Positions 1 to 7,541 of a stretch of 28,988 nucleotides of DNA are shown here, piece by piece (the stretch's first letter is position 1; each line of letters begins with the position of its first letter). The DNA lies in contig JBDHHQ010000056.1 in NCBI GenBank assembly GCA_039589315.1, forward strand, positions 1 through 28,988, written 5' to 3'. The position numbers and the translations under genes were made by a program. Below the pieces are notes generated by a model. That model had not been told where the DNA came from and did not search any database. It was given only the letters and a program-made list of their open reading frames with translations. The DNA is from Gemmatimonadota bacterium (GTDB lineage Bacteria; Gemmatimonadota; Gemmatimonadetes; Longimicrobiales; Gaopeijiaceae).

Positions 1-352
1 GCACGGCACGAAGCGCCGCCTCGACACGGCCCACGCAGGCGGCACAGTGCATGCCCCGGATGCGGGCCTCGACCGACTCGGTGGACACCCCGTATCCGGC
101 GTCGGCAATGGCATGGGCCAGGGCATCGGCACCGACGCGGCCGGGATCGAAGCGGACCCGGGCCTCGTTGTCCGCCAGGCTCACGCTAGCCGATTCGACG
201 CCTTCAGCGCCTGCCAGGGCACCCTCGACGCGCGCAACGCAACCCGCGCAGTGCAGGCCCTCCAGGGGCAGCGTGAGCGTGCACGCCTCCGCGTCCTGGG
301 AGTCCTGCGCGACCTGCAGGGATCTACGCTTGTCTTCCGACTGGATGCTCAT
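1..352 (-). CDS. copA: Heavy-metal (likely Cu+) P1B-type ATPase, N-terminal part with tandem HMA domains; runs off the window start
   Basis: My own translation from ATG at 352 (AGAGG RBS): MSIQSEDK...LEGLHCAGCVARVEGAL...DAGY...IRGMHCAACVGRVEAALRAV, i.e. two GxxCxxC HMA motifs. Absent from the ORF track because it has no stop in the window. The ATPase core is not visible, so copA is inferred from the tandem HMAs and the operator. Confidence 0.8.
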   Translation of the reverse strand, partial: MSIQSEDKRRSLQVAQDSQDAEACTLTLPLEGLHCAGCVARVEGALAGAEGVESASVSLADNEARVRFDPGRVGADALAHAIADAGYGVSTESVEARIRGMHCAACVGRVEAALRAV

Positions 353-406
353 CGGCCTCTTCGCTGTCTGCCGGCCCTGACGATTCGACCTGCCGACACT
401 TGGCTA

Positions 407-429
407 TAGATACTCCGGGGGGGTATCTA
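407..429. promoter_or_regulatory. CsoR/RcnR-family operator
   Basis: Inverted repeat TAGATAC-TCCGGGGGG-GTATCTA with a central G/C tract, 55 bp upstream of the HMA gene. Matches the ATAC..C/G-tract..GTAT architecture of CsoR operators. Confidence 0.75.
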
Positions 430-472
430 AGGAAGGGTACTAGAGCCGGGCTCGGGATTCAAGGTCGGAGGG

Positions 473-1375
473 CTACCGGTAGGGCCGCTCCGAGGCGGCG
501 TTCCCGGTGATGTAGGTTGCGAACCCCGCCGTCCCGACGGAGTCGGCCACCGGTGTGGCCGCCGCGGAGGATGCGAACCGCCCGACCCGCACGCGGAAGA
601 GGGGGCTTCCCGGCACGTGCACGATGCGCGCAGTGAAACCCGCCTCCGTCACGCGCTCCGCCATGCGGGTCGCTCGAGCTGCACTCAAGTACGCCCCGAT
701 CTGGACCGTGAAGGGCCCGTTGGCGGAGCTGTTCGGCGGCCTGTTCTCGGCGGCCACGGCGGTCTCCGGCTCGTCCGCTCGAACGGGCGCCTCGGCGCGG
801 TGGGCCGGTGGCTGGCTCGGAGCCTCCTCCACTCGGACGACGGACGTCGGGGAAGCCCGGCCTTCCGAGCCGTGCACAGCCAGCCAGGTCTCGGCGTCCC
901 CGCCCGTCTGCCGGGAGGGGTAGTCGGTGGCCAGCGCCCGGTAGTGACGACCGGCGGTCTCGAGATCGTCCCGCGCCTCGGCGGCAAGGGCCAACCTCAG
1001 GAGTGCCTGGTCCGAGTAGGGTCCACCGGGATACTCGTCCACCAGGCGTCGGTAGTCTTCGGCGGCCTCCGCGGGATCCAGCGTGAGGCGTCCCCTGAGC
1101 CAGAGGCCCCGCTGGACCTCATCCGTCTGTACATCGGGGCCCGCCGCGGCCCACCACGCTCGGATGAGGGACCGGGCATCCTCGGTGTCCCCTTCCCTCA
1201 CCAGCGCCTCGACGGCATCCAGCGTGGGCTCTTGCCCAGCGAGCTGCAGCGGCACACCGAGGAGTACGCCGACCCTGACCGCGCCCAAGAAGCGTCGAGC
1301 GGCGACCCGCCATCGCCGACCACTCGGTCCATGGCGCTGCGCAGCCACGACCTTCCTCCGGCCGGCGGAGCTCAC
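473..1375 (-). CDS. Exported TPR (CpoB/BamD-like) + C-terminal SPOR domain protein
   Basis: TPR-like YRRLVDEYPGGPYSDQALLRLA...YRALATDYPS, then a Pro/Ala linker and SPOR motifs FTVQIGAY...FRVRVGRF. GTG at 1375 overlaps the holA stop (GTGA). Hydrophobic N-terminal segment present. Confidence 0.8.
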   Translation of the reverse strand: MSSAGRRKVVAAQRHGPSGRRWRVAARRFLGAVRVGVLLGVPLQLAGQEPTLDAVEALVREGDTEDARSLIRAWWAAAGPDVQTDEVQRGLWLRGRLTLDPAEAAEDYRRLVDEYPGGPYSDQALLRLALAAEARDDLETAGRHYRALATDYPSRQTGGDAETWLAVHGSEGRASPTSVVRVEEAPSQPPAHRAEAPVRADEPETAVAAENRPPNSSANGPFTVQIGAYLSAARATRMAERVTEAGFTARIVHVPGSPLFRVRVGRFASSAAATPVADSVGTAGFATYITGNAASERPYR

Positions 1376-2379
1376 GCGGCCTCTCGCGCCCGGACCATGA
1401 CGCCGAGCAACCACTCCTCCAGAAGATGCTCGGGACGCAGCGGGCTGGACTTCAGCAACTGGTCCAGACGTCGGAGCTCCATCACCGCCGCGTCCACCTC
1501 GGCGGCGCTCCAGCGGTGGGCCTGCCCGGAGAGCCTCCGTGCCAGCCACCTTTGGTGAGACGGCAGGACTTCCTCGAGGGCGCCGGCGCCGTCTTCCACG
1601 AGCACGCCGATGCGAAGGAAGTGCGTGGCCAGGCCGATGGTGAGGCTCACGGCGCTCTCTCCGCGTGCCAGGAGAATCGCGAGCCCCTCCAGGGCCGCGG
1701 AGAAGCGCTTCTCGCCGACCAGATCGAACCACTTCCAGCGGTCTTGCTGGAGGATCGTCGTGCCCCCTGCCTCGACCTCAGCGAGGGTAATGGGCTCCCC
1801 GTCCTCCACCATGTCCGAGAGCTTCTCCAGCTCCCGGACCAGCACGCCCAGGTCGTTCCCGACCGCAGCGCCGAGGGCGCGAGCCGCCTCCGGTTCCAGC
1901 TCCCGGTCGTGCGACTCGCGGGCTCGAGCCATGAGCCAGCCGGGCACGTCGTCCCGGGAGACGGCGGGAAACTCGGCCGTGTGGCATGCGGCCTTGAGGC
2001 TCCGGTACACCTTGGCCTTGGACCCGGACGGGATGTCGGCGACAAGAATCGCCGCCAACCCGGGCGGAGGGGTCGCCGCCACCTTCAGCAGGACGTCACG
2101 GGCCTGTGCGCTGCCGGCCAGGGCCTCCACTTCGGTGACGACCACCACGCGGAATTCGGCCATCATGGGCGGAGTCGCGAGGACGCTGGCCAGCGACTCG
2201 ACATCGACTTCGGTCCCCCTCAGTCGGTCGAGATTGAAGTCCCGGGTCGCTGGATCGATGTACGTGTCCACCAGCGCGACGAGCGCCTCCTCGCGCTGAA
2301 AGCGATCCGAGCCGTGCAGGAAGAAGACCCCGCCCTTCGGAGCGTCACGAAGGGAGGGAGGGAGTTGGGGAGCGGGCAC
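1372..2379 (-). CDS. holA: DNA polymerase III delta subunit
   Basis: FFLHGSDRFQREEA, DFNLDRL, LATPPMMAEFRVVVV, ELEKL and C-terminal LRRLDQLLKSS are typical of HolA. Start trimmed to GTG at 2379, 11 bp after the anti-sigma stop. Confidence 0.9.
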   Translation of the reverse strand: MPAPQLPPSLRDAPKGGVFFLHGSDRFQREEALVALVDTYIDPATRDFNLDRLRGTEVDVESLASVLATPPMMAEFRVVVVTEVEALAGSAQARDVLLKVAATPPPGLAAILVADIPSGSKAKVYRSLKAACHTAEFPAVSRDDVPGWLMARARESHDRELEPEAARALGAAVGNDLGVLVRELEKLSDMVEDGEPITLAEVEAGGTTILQQDRWKWFDLVGEKRFSAALEGLAILLARGESAVSLTIGLATHFLRIGVLVEDGAGALEEVLPSHQRWLARRLSGQAHRWSAAEVDAAVMELRRLDQLLKSSPLRPEHLLEEWLLGVMVRAREAA

Positions 2380-2390
2380 CCGAAAGGCCT

Positions 2391-2996
2391 CTAGCGGTCC
2401 ACGTCGGTTCTGCGGAGCCGCGTGTCCTGTCGGTACTTCTCGGACAGCGGCGAATACTCGTAGAGGAGCGAGTGGGTGTGGACCCAGAGCCGCTGGCTGC
2501 TCTCCACAGGCTGCTGCACGCCGGTAAGCACGCTGAGGGGTCCGAACAGGGAGCGTGGCGCGTTGAAGTCGGGCGTGAGCGTCGCACCCCCGCCGCCGGC
2601 GGCGCTGGGTCCGAACGGATCTGTGGATTGGACGTCGACCGGCGCGAGCTCGGTGGGCGGGCCCGCCTCCTTCATGGTCGGGGACCACGCCACCGCGGTC
2701 AGGAGCACGGCCATGGCGAAGGCCGTCGCCCCGGTCGTTCCGGAGCTCACGGTGCGGGCCAGCGCAGCCTCGTCGGCAACGTGATAGATGCGATGTTGGA
2801 GGCGCGGCTCGAAGTCCGGCGGAACCTCAGGCGTGGGGAGAGACCGGAGTAGCTGACCTCCCTTGGTCACCACCCGGTGGTAGCGGCGACAGGAAGCGCA
2901 CGCTTCGAGATGGGCCTCCATCAGGCCAGTCTCGTCCGCTCCACCCGTCCCGTCGTAGTAGTCGGAGAATCGCGCGATGAATCCCGGGCAATCCAT
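2391..2996 (-). CDS. Zinc-finger (zf-HC2/ZAS) membrane anti-sigma factor
   Basis: MDC...FSDYYDG...HLEACASC (HxxxCxxC), one hydrophobic segment (ATAFAMAVLLTAVAW), located downstream of an ECF sigma. Confidence 0.85.
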   Translation of the reverse strand: MDCPGFIARFSDYYDGTGGADETGLMEAHLEACASCRRYHRVVTKGGQLLRSLPTPEVPPDFEPRLQHRIYHVADEAALARTVSSGTTGATAFAMAVLLTAVAWSPTMKEAGPPTELAPVDVQSTDPFGPSAAGGGGATLTPDFNAPRSLFGPLSVLTGVQQPVESSQRLWVHTHSLLYEYSPLSEKYRQDTRLRRTDVDR

Positions 2997-3079
2997 CCCT
3001 AGTCCAGAGCTCCGTCAGGTTTTTCGGGCCGGCGGGTCGGGGCAGTCACGCCGACCCACTCCTGGCCGTTGGGAACTTC

Positions 3080-3105
3080 TACTGCCGTGGTCGATCCCGG
3101 GTTCC
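3080..3105 (-). promoter_or_regulatory. Putative ECF-sigma promoter (proximal)
   Basis: Minus strand GGAACC-cgggatcgaccacggc(16 nt)-AGTA, an ECF-type AAC -35 and GTA -10. Confidence 0.55.
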
Positions 3106-3139
3106 GGCTCGGAGGCCGGGCCTCGGATCCGATTCGTGG

Positions 3140-3165
3140 TACAGGGCGTTGGCGGGCCAGGTTCC
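3140..3165 (-). promoter_or_regulatory. Putative ECF-sigma promoter (distal)
   Basis: Minus strand GGAACC-tggcccgccaacgccc(16 nt)-TGTA. Same boxes and spacing as the proximal copy, exactly 60 bp away, with a different spacer. Confidence 0.55.
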
Positions 3166-3176
3166 GCACGATGGGG

Positions 3177-3217
3177 AAAGACGAAGGGCCCCCGCCGCGG
3201 TCGCGGCGGGAGCCCTT
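3177..3217 (-). terminator. Intrinsic terminator-like hairpin after the ECF sigma gene
   Basis: GGGCUCCCGCCGC-GACC-GCGGCGGGGGCCC (13-bp stem) followed by UUCGUCUUU. The single U-G pair forms only on the minus strand. Confidence 0.65.
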
Positions 3218-3241
3218 TCTCCAACTCGAGGCGATCCCGGC

Positions 3242-3898
3242 TCAGTCCAACCAGGGGCCGATGATTCGGGCGAAGTTGTTTCGCGCCCGGTTCAACCGGC
3301 TTTTCACGGTCCCCAGGTTGCATCCGGTGATGTCGGCGATCTCCTCGTAGGTCTTGCCCTCCAGCTCTCTCAGGACGAAGACGATCCGGTGATGCTCCGG
3401 CAACTGCTGCACGGCGCGATCCACCAACTCCTTCAGGTGCCGCTTCCTGTACAGATCGTCAGGTTTGAGGCTGGAATCTTCCCACTCCAGCGGTCTGTGA
3501 TCGGCGTCCCAGTTCTTCTTGATCGTCTGGAACAGGACCAACGGATTCCGTGAGCGGTTGCGCAGCTCGTTCTTCGCCAGATTCCCGGCGATGGTGTAGA
3601 TCCAGGTCGAGAACTTCTTCGACTGGTCGAAGCGATGCAGGTGGCGGTACACCCGCACGAAGGTCTCCTGGACCAAGTCCTGCGCCCGTTCCCGATCTCC
3701 GACGGTACGATACACGAAGTTCAGCAACCGATTGTCGTACCGACTCACCAACTCCCCAAAGGCGCGAGACTCACCATCCAGGAACCGCTGCACGATCTCA
3801 CTGTCGTTTAGAGAGCTGAGCTCCCGCCGTAGTTCCAGGGCGCCGTCGCGCGCTTCGGGCGTGTGGTCGTTCCCTTGCTCGAGCGTAGTGGCGGCCAT
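3242..3898 (-). CDS. ECF sigma factor (sigma-70 group 4, RpoE/SigW-like)
   Basis: Region 2 AQDLVQETFVRVYRHL...FSTWIYTIAGN and region 4 LPEHHRIVFVLRELEGKTYEEIADITGCNLGTVKSRLNRAR. ATG at 3898 with GAGGG upstream; alternative GTG start at 3922. Confidence 0.95.
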   Translation of the reverse strand: MAATTLEQGNDHTPEARDGALELRRELSSLNDSEIVQRFLDGESRAFGELVSRYDNRLLNFVYRTVGDRERAQDLVQETFVRVYRHLHRFDQSKKFSTWIYTIAGNLAKNELRNRSRNPLVLFQTIKKNWDADHRPLEWEDSSLKPDDLYRKRHLKELVDRAVQQLPEHHRIVFVLRELEGKTYEEIADITGCNLGTVKSRLNRARNNFARIIGPWLD

Positions 3899-4166
3899 TT
3901 TGGATGTTTCCCTCGCTGTCACGGTAATATGGACGACCCCAACCGGGGTTCTTTTGTCTGACTCGCAGTACGTGTATTAGCACGTTCCGTACCACCCCGA
4001 ACATGCCTGAAATACGCTGATTCTCTGCGATCTTTTCCGTTCGCTGTCCTCGCAGGGGGACACCCTGTCGTCCCACTTCGGAACGCCGGCGCCCTGTCAT
4101 GGAGACAGTATGGGCCAGGAAAACGTTGGCTGGGTCCCCAAGGAGGGCGCCGGATCGAGAGGGGTG

Positions 4167-4826
4167 CTACGGCGTGCGGTCGGGGCTGTCGAGTAGGAAC
4201 GCACCGGCGAAGAGAAGGCACGCGATGCTCTTCGCGTCCACCAGCTCGCCCGTGCGGATCAGCTCCAGGGCCCGGGAGAAAGGCACCCGGACGACCTCCA
4301 GGAACTCGTCTGCGTCATGATCGGGCGAGCCTCGGCTGAGCCCCGTGGCCGCGAAGAGGTGGATGACCTCGTCGGTGAAGCCGGGCGTCGTGTAGATGCG
4401 GGTGAGCGGGTGCAGGGTCCGAGCTCGGTAGCCCGTCTCCTCTTCGAGCTCCCTGTGGGCGCAGGCGCTCCACGACTCGGAAGGGCCTTCGGGGATGCCG
4501 GCGGGCACCTCGTACATGAGGCCGCCTCCGGCGTAGCGGTACTGGTGAATCAGCAGTACGTCGGGATCGGGCTCGCCGAGGTCGCCGAAGATGGGAAGCA
4601 CACACGAGGCTCCGGGGTGCCGGACGAGCTCGAGCGTCCCAGTCGATCCGTCGGGGAAGCGGACCGTGTCGACGCTCAGTCGCACGATCCGGCCGTCGAA
4701 GACCGCCTCCCGCTCGATCAGCGCATCGACGTCGTGGGGCGGCGGTCGTCCCTCGGCTCCGATGTCCTCGGAAGATGCGGAACGCCGGCGTTGGACGGAC
4801 TCGGGGTCGCGGTCCGTCACCGTCAA
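4167..4826 (-). CDS. Nudix hydrolase, ADP-ribose pyrophosphatase-like
   Basis: Nudix box EVPAG...E...AHRELEEETG, plus RHPGA, QYRY, YTTPGFTDE and DADEFLEV motifs of the NudF type. Confidence 0.88.
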   Translation of the reverse strand: MTVTDRDPESVQRRRSASSEDIGAEGRPPPHDVDALIEREAVFDGRIVRLSVDTVRFPDGSTGTLELVRHPGASCVLPIFGDLGEPDPDVLLIHQYRYAGGGLMYEVPAGIPEGPSESWSACAHRELEEETGYRARTLHPLTRIYTTPGFTDEVIHLFAATGLSRGSPDHDADEFLEVVRVPFSRALELIRTGELVDAKSIACLLFAGAFLLDSPDRTP

Positions 4827-6208
4827 CCCAGGAGGACTTCGGGGTCGTGCACCTGGACCGGCCCGAGCTCCAACGCCTCGAGGGGGCGGCGAAGAGCGTC
4901 GGCGTCCCCCACCACGACCACGGCCATCTCCTCCGGCCGAATCGCCCGGCGACCGGCGTCGGTGGCGTCGGCCGTGGTCACCGCCGCCACCCGATCCCGG
5001 TAGGTGGCGTAGTAGTCATCGGGGAAGCGGTGGACGATCAGGTCCGCGATCCGCGATGCCACCTGGCCGGTCGTCTCGAGCCGGAGAGGAAACACCCCGA
5101 CGATGTAGTCCCGGGCCGCCTGCACCTCGGCGTCGGTCGGCCCGTCTCGCACGATACCGTCGAGCTCGCTCATGGCCTCTCGGACCGCGTCCGCCGTCAC
5201 CTCCGTAGCCACGGCGGTGGCGACGCGAAACGGTCCGGGGTGACGGCGGAAGCCGAAGCTCGAGCGCACGCCGTAGGTGAAACCGTGCCGTTCGCGGAGG
5301 TTGAGGTTGAGCCGACTCGTGAACGCACCGCCCAGTACCGTGTTCAGCACGCTCAGGGCGAAGAAGTCGTCCGAGCTGCGAGCCACGCCCACGTGGCCGA
5401 TTCTGATCTCCGACTGGACGGCCCCGGGTCGGTGGAGCAGGTGCACGGCGCGCTCTCGCGACCGGGGTTCCACCACCAGCGCGGGGCGAGCGACGCCCTC
5501 GCCACCACGGTGTGCCAACAGGGGTCCCGCCAGTCGCGCGACCGCGTCGGGATCGACGTCCCCCGCCACCACCAGCCCCGCGCCCGCGGGCCGGTAGTGG
5601 GAAGCTGCATACTCCGCGGCTTGCTCGCGCCCCACTCCGCCGATGGACGCGCGGGTCCCGCCGGCGGACCGGCTGTACGCCACGCCGTCGGCGAAGATGA
5701 AGTGAGCCGCGGCGTCATCGGCGAGGCGGCGGGGATCCATGAGACGCTGCCGAATGGTAGCCAGCCGTTGCTGCCGAATGCGGGTGAACTCTTCCTTCTC
5801 GAATGACGCCTCGCCCACCACCTCCGCCATGAGCTCGACCGCGTCGACCAAGCGCTCGGACAGACATCCGAGCGACACCGTCGTCGCGTCCCAGCCCGTC
5901 GCCGCCGCGAGGCCCACTCCGACTCGCTCCAGGGCCTCGGCGAGCTCGGCACCGCTCCGGCGGGCGGTGCCGGCCTGTAGCGCGTCCCCTGTGAGCACGG
6001 CCAGACCCGCCCGATCCGCGGGCACGCCGGTCTCGCCGGCCTCGAGGATGAGGCTGGCGGACACGACCGGGAGTCCGGGCATGCGGGCCACGCGAACCGA
6101 CAGTCCGGTGTCCAGGTCGAAAGACCGCACCTGGGGGAAGTCGAATTGGCGGATCTCACCCGGCAGCGGCACGGTGGCCCGGTCGAATCCGTGGCTGGCG
6201 ACGCTCAC
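4823..6208 (-). CDS. M16B peptidase non-catalytic (beta-type) subunit, cytoplasmic
   Basis: M16 fold motifs without HxxEH (GLAVLTGDAL at that site). Carries the R/Y pair in VLGGAFTSRLNLNLRERHGFTYG. No signal peptide. GTGA-coupled to the upstream gene. Confidence 0.88.
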   Translation of the reverse strand: MSVASHGFDRATVPLPGEIRQFDFPQVRSFDLDTGLSVRVARMPGLPVVSASLILEAGETGVPADRAGLAVLTGDALQAGTARRSGAELAEALERVGVGLAAATGWDATTVSLGCLSERLVDAVELMAEVVGEASFEKEEFTRIRQQRLATIRQRLMDPRRLADDAAAHFIFADGVAYSRSAGGTRASIGGVGREQAAEYAASHYRPAGAGLVVAGDVDPDAVARLAGPLLAHRGGEGVARPALVVEPRSRERAVHLLHRPGAVQSEIRIGHVGVARSSDDFFALSVLNTVLGGAFTSRLNLNLRERHGFTYGVRSSFGFRRHPGPFRVATAVATEVTADAVREAMSELDGIVRDGPTDAEVQAARDYIVGVFPLRLETTGQVASRIADLIVHRFPDDYYATYRDRVAAVTTADATDAGRRAIRPEEMAVVVVGDADALRRPLEALELGPVQVHDPEVLLG

Positions 6209-7476
6209 TGGCCACCTCCGGGGACGTACGTGAGAATGGCACGGTTGTCCTCGCCCAGATGATGCCCCGCGAAGTCCCGCAGATCGTCGAGGGTGACCTC
6301 CCGAAGTCGCTCGATCTCGGTGTTGATGCGCTCCGGCTCGCCGAAGAAGGTCTCGTACATGGAGAGCAGGTCGGCGCGCTCGCCCACCTGCTCGATGTCC
6401 TTGACGAAGCTGGTCTCAATCAAAGCGATGGCCCTGTCCACCTCTTCTTGGCGGACGCCGTCCACGGCCTGCAGCTCGGTCACCAGAGCCTGCTCCAACG
6501 CGGCCGGTTCCGTCCCGGGGTAGCCGGTCGCCCACAGCAGGAAGATCGAGGTCCCGGTAACCAGCGGGAACGTGTACGTGACGATGTCTTTCGCGATCTT
6601 CTTCTCCCTGACGAGGCTGGAGTAGAGCCGGCTTGCCCGGCCTGTTCCCAGCAGGGCGCTGGCCACGTACGCAGGATAGAAGGCGTCGCTCGTGTAGGGA
6701 GGTACTCGACCCGCCATGTACACGCGCGGCAGCGGCACCTTCGCCTCGACTCGCTCACGCACCGTGGTCCCGATCCTGAGCGGGATGTCCCAGTCCCCCG
6801 GAATCGGCGGTAGCGGATCACCGGCCGGAATCTCACCGAAGAGTCTGTCGATGAGCGTGAGGGCATGATCTTCCTCGAAGTCGCCGCAGACGGTGAGGAC
6901 CGCGTTGTTGGGCACGTAGTACGTGCGGAAGAACTGTGCCACGTCATCGAGATCGGCGGCGTCGAGATCCTCCATGGAGCCGATGACCGAGTGGTGGTAG
7001 GGGTGCCCCTCGGGAAACACCAGAGCCTGGAGGCGCTCGTCCCAGTCGCCGTAGGGCTGGTTGTCGTAGCGCCACTTCTTTTCGTTCTTCACCACGTCGC
7101 GCTGATTGTCCAGCTTCTCCTGGGTCATGGCCGGCAGAAGCCACCCCATGCGGTCGGCCTCGAGCCAGAGCGCCAGCTCCAGATGGTGCGCCGGAACCGT
7201 TTCGAAGTAGTTGGTGCGATCGAACCAGGTGGAGCCGTTCAGCGACCCGCCGGCGCGCTCGATCAGCTCGAAGTGTTGGTTCTTGGGCACGTGGGCCGAG
7301 CCCTGGAACATCATATGCTCGAAGAGGTGCGCGAAGCCGGTGCGGCCCGTTCGCTCGTTACGCGAGCCCACGCCGTACCAGAGGTTGACGGCCACGACGG
7401 GAGCGGCCGAATCCCGGGAGAGGACGACACGCAAGCCGTTGTCCAGCGTGTGTCGGTGAGCGGGGATCGATAGCAC
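6205..7476 (-). CDS. M16B zinc peptidase catalytic subunit, cytoplasmic
   Basis: TLDNGL, WYGVGSRNE, GFAHLFEHMMF (HxxEH) and distal VVKNE. Start placed at GTG 7476; the longer ORF-track version overlaps the upstream gene. No signal peptide. Confidence 0.9.
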   Translation of the reverse strand: MLSIPAHRHTLDNGLRVVLSRDSAAPVVAVNLWYGVGSRNERTGRTGFAHLFEHMMFQGSAHVPKNQHFELIERAGGSLNGSTWFDRTNYFETVPAHHLELALWLEADRMGWLLPAMTQEKLDNQRDVVKNEKKWRYDNQPYGDWDERLQALVFPEGHPYHHSVIGSMEDLDAADLDDVAQFFRTYYVPNNAVLTVCGDFEEDHALTLIDRLFGEIPAGDPLPPIPGDWDIPLRIGTTVRERVEAKVPLPRVYMAGRVPPYTSDAFYPAYVASALLGTGRASRLYSSLVREKKIAKDIVTYTFPLVTGTSIFLLWATGYPGTEPAALEQALVTELQAVDGVRQEEVDRAIALIETSFVKDIEQVGERADLLSMYETFFGEPERINTEIERLREVTLDDLRDFAGHHLGEDNRAILTYVPGGGQ

Positions 7477-7541
7477 GCGAGCTCTTTCGCTTTCGGGTTC
7501 AGACGCGACCGGCTTTCCAGTCGGTCGCGTCGCTGGATGCT

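Noticed and set aside
8..35. ACGAAGCGCCGC at the window start matching the terminal repeat
   Set aside because: It lies within the HMA coding sequence (VEAALRAV). A 12-bp GC-rich match is likely chance.
47..409. Plus-strand ORFs 47-409 and 51-380
   Set aside because: They are antisense shadows of the HMA-domain gene and have no recognisable motifs.
3015..3323. 102-aa ORF between sigma and anti-sigma
   Set aside because: It overlaps the sigma gene, crosses the terminator and promoter motifs, and has low-complexity Pro/Arg composition.
3927..3988. Autoregulatory ECF promoter upstream of the first sigma (AGAACC at 3947-3952, GGAACG at 3983-3988)
   Set aside because: Neither has GTA at the spacing seen in the two downstream motifs. 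Too weak to call, though not excluded.
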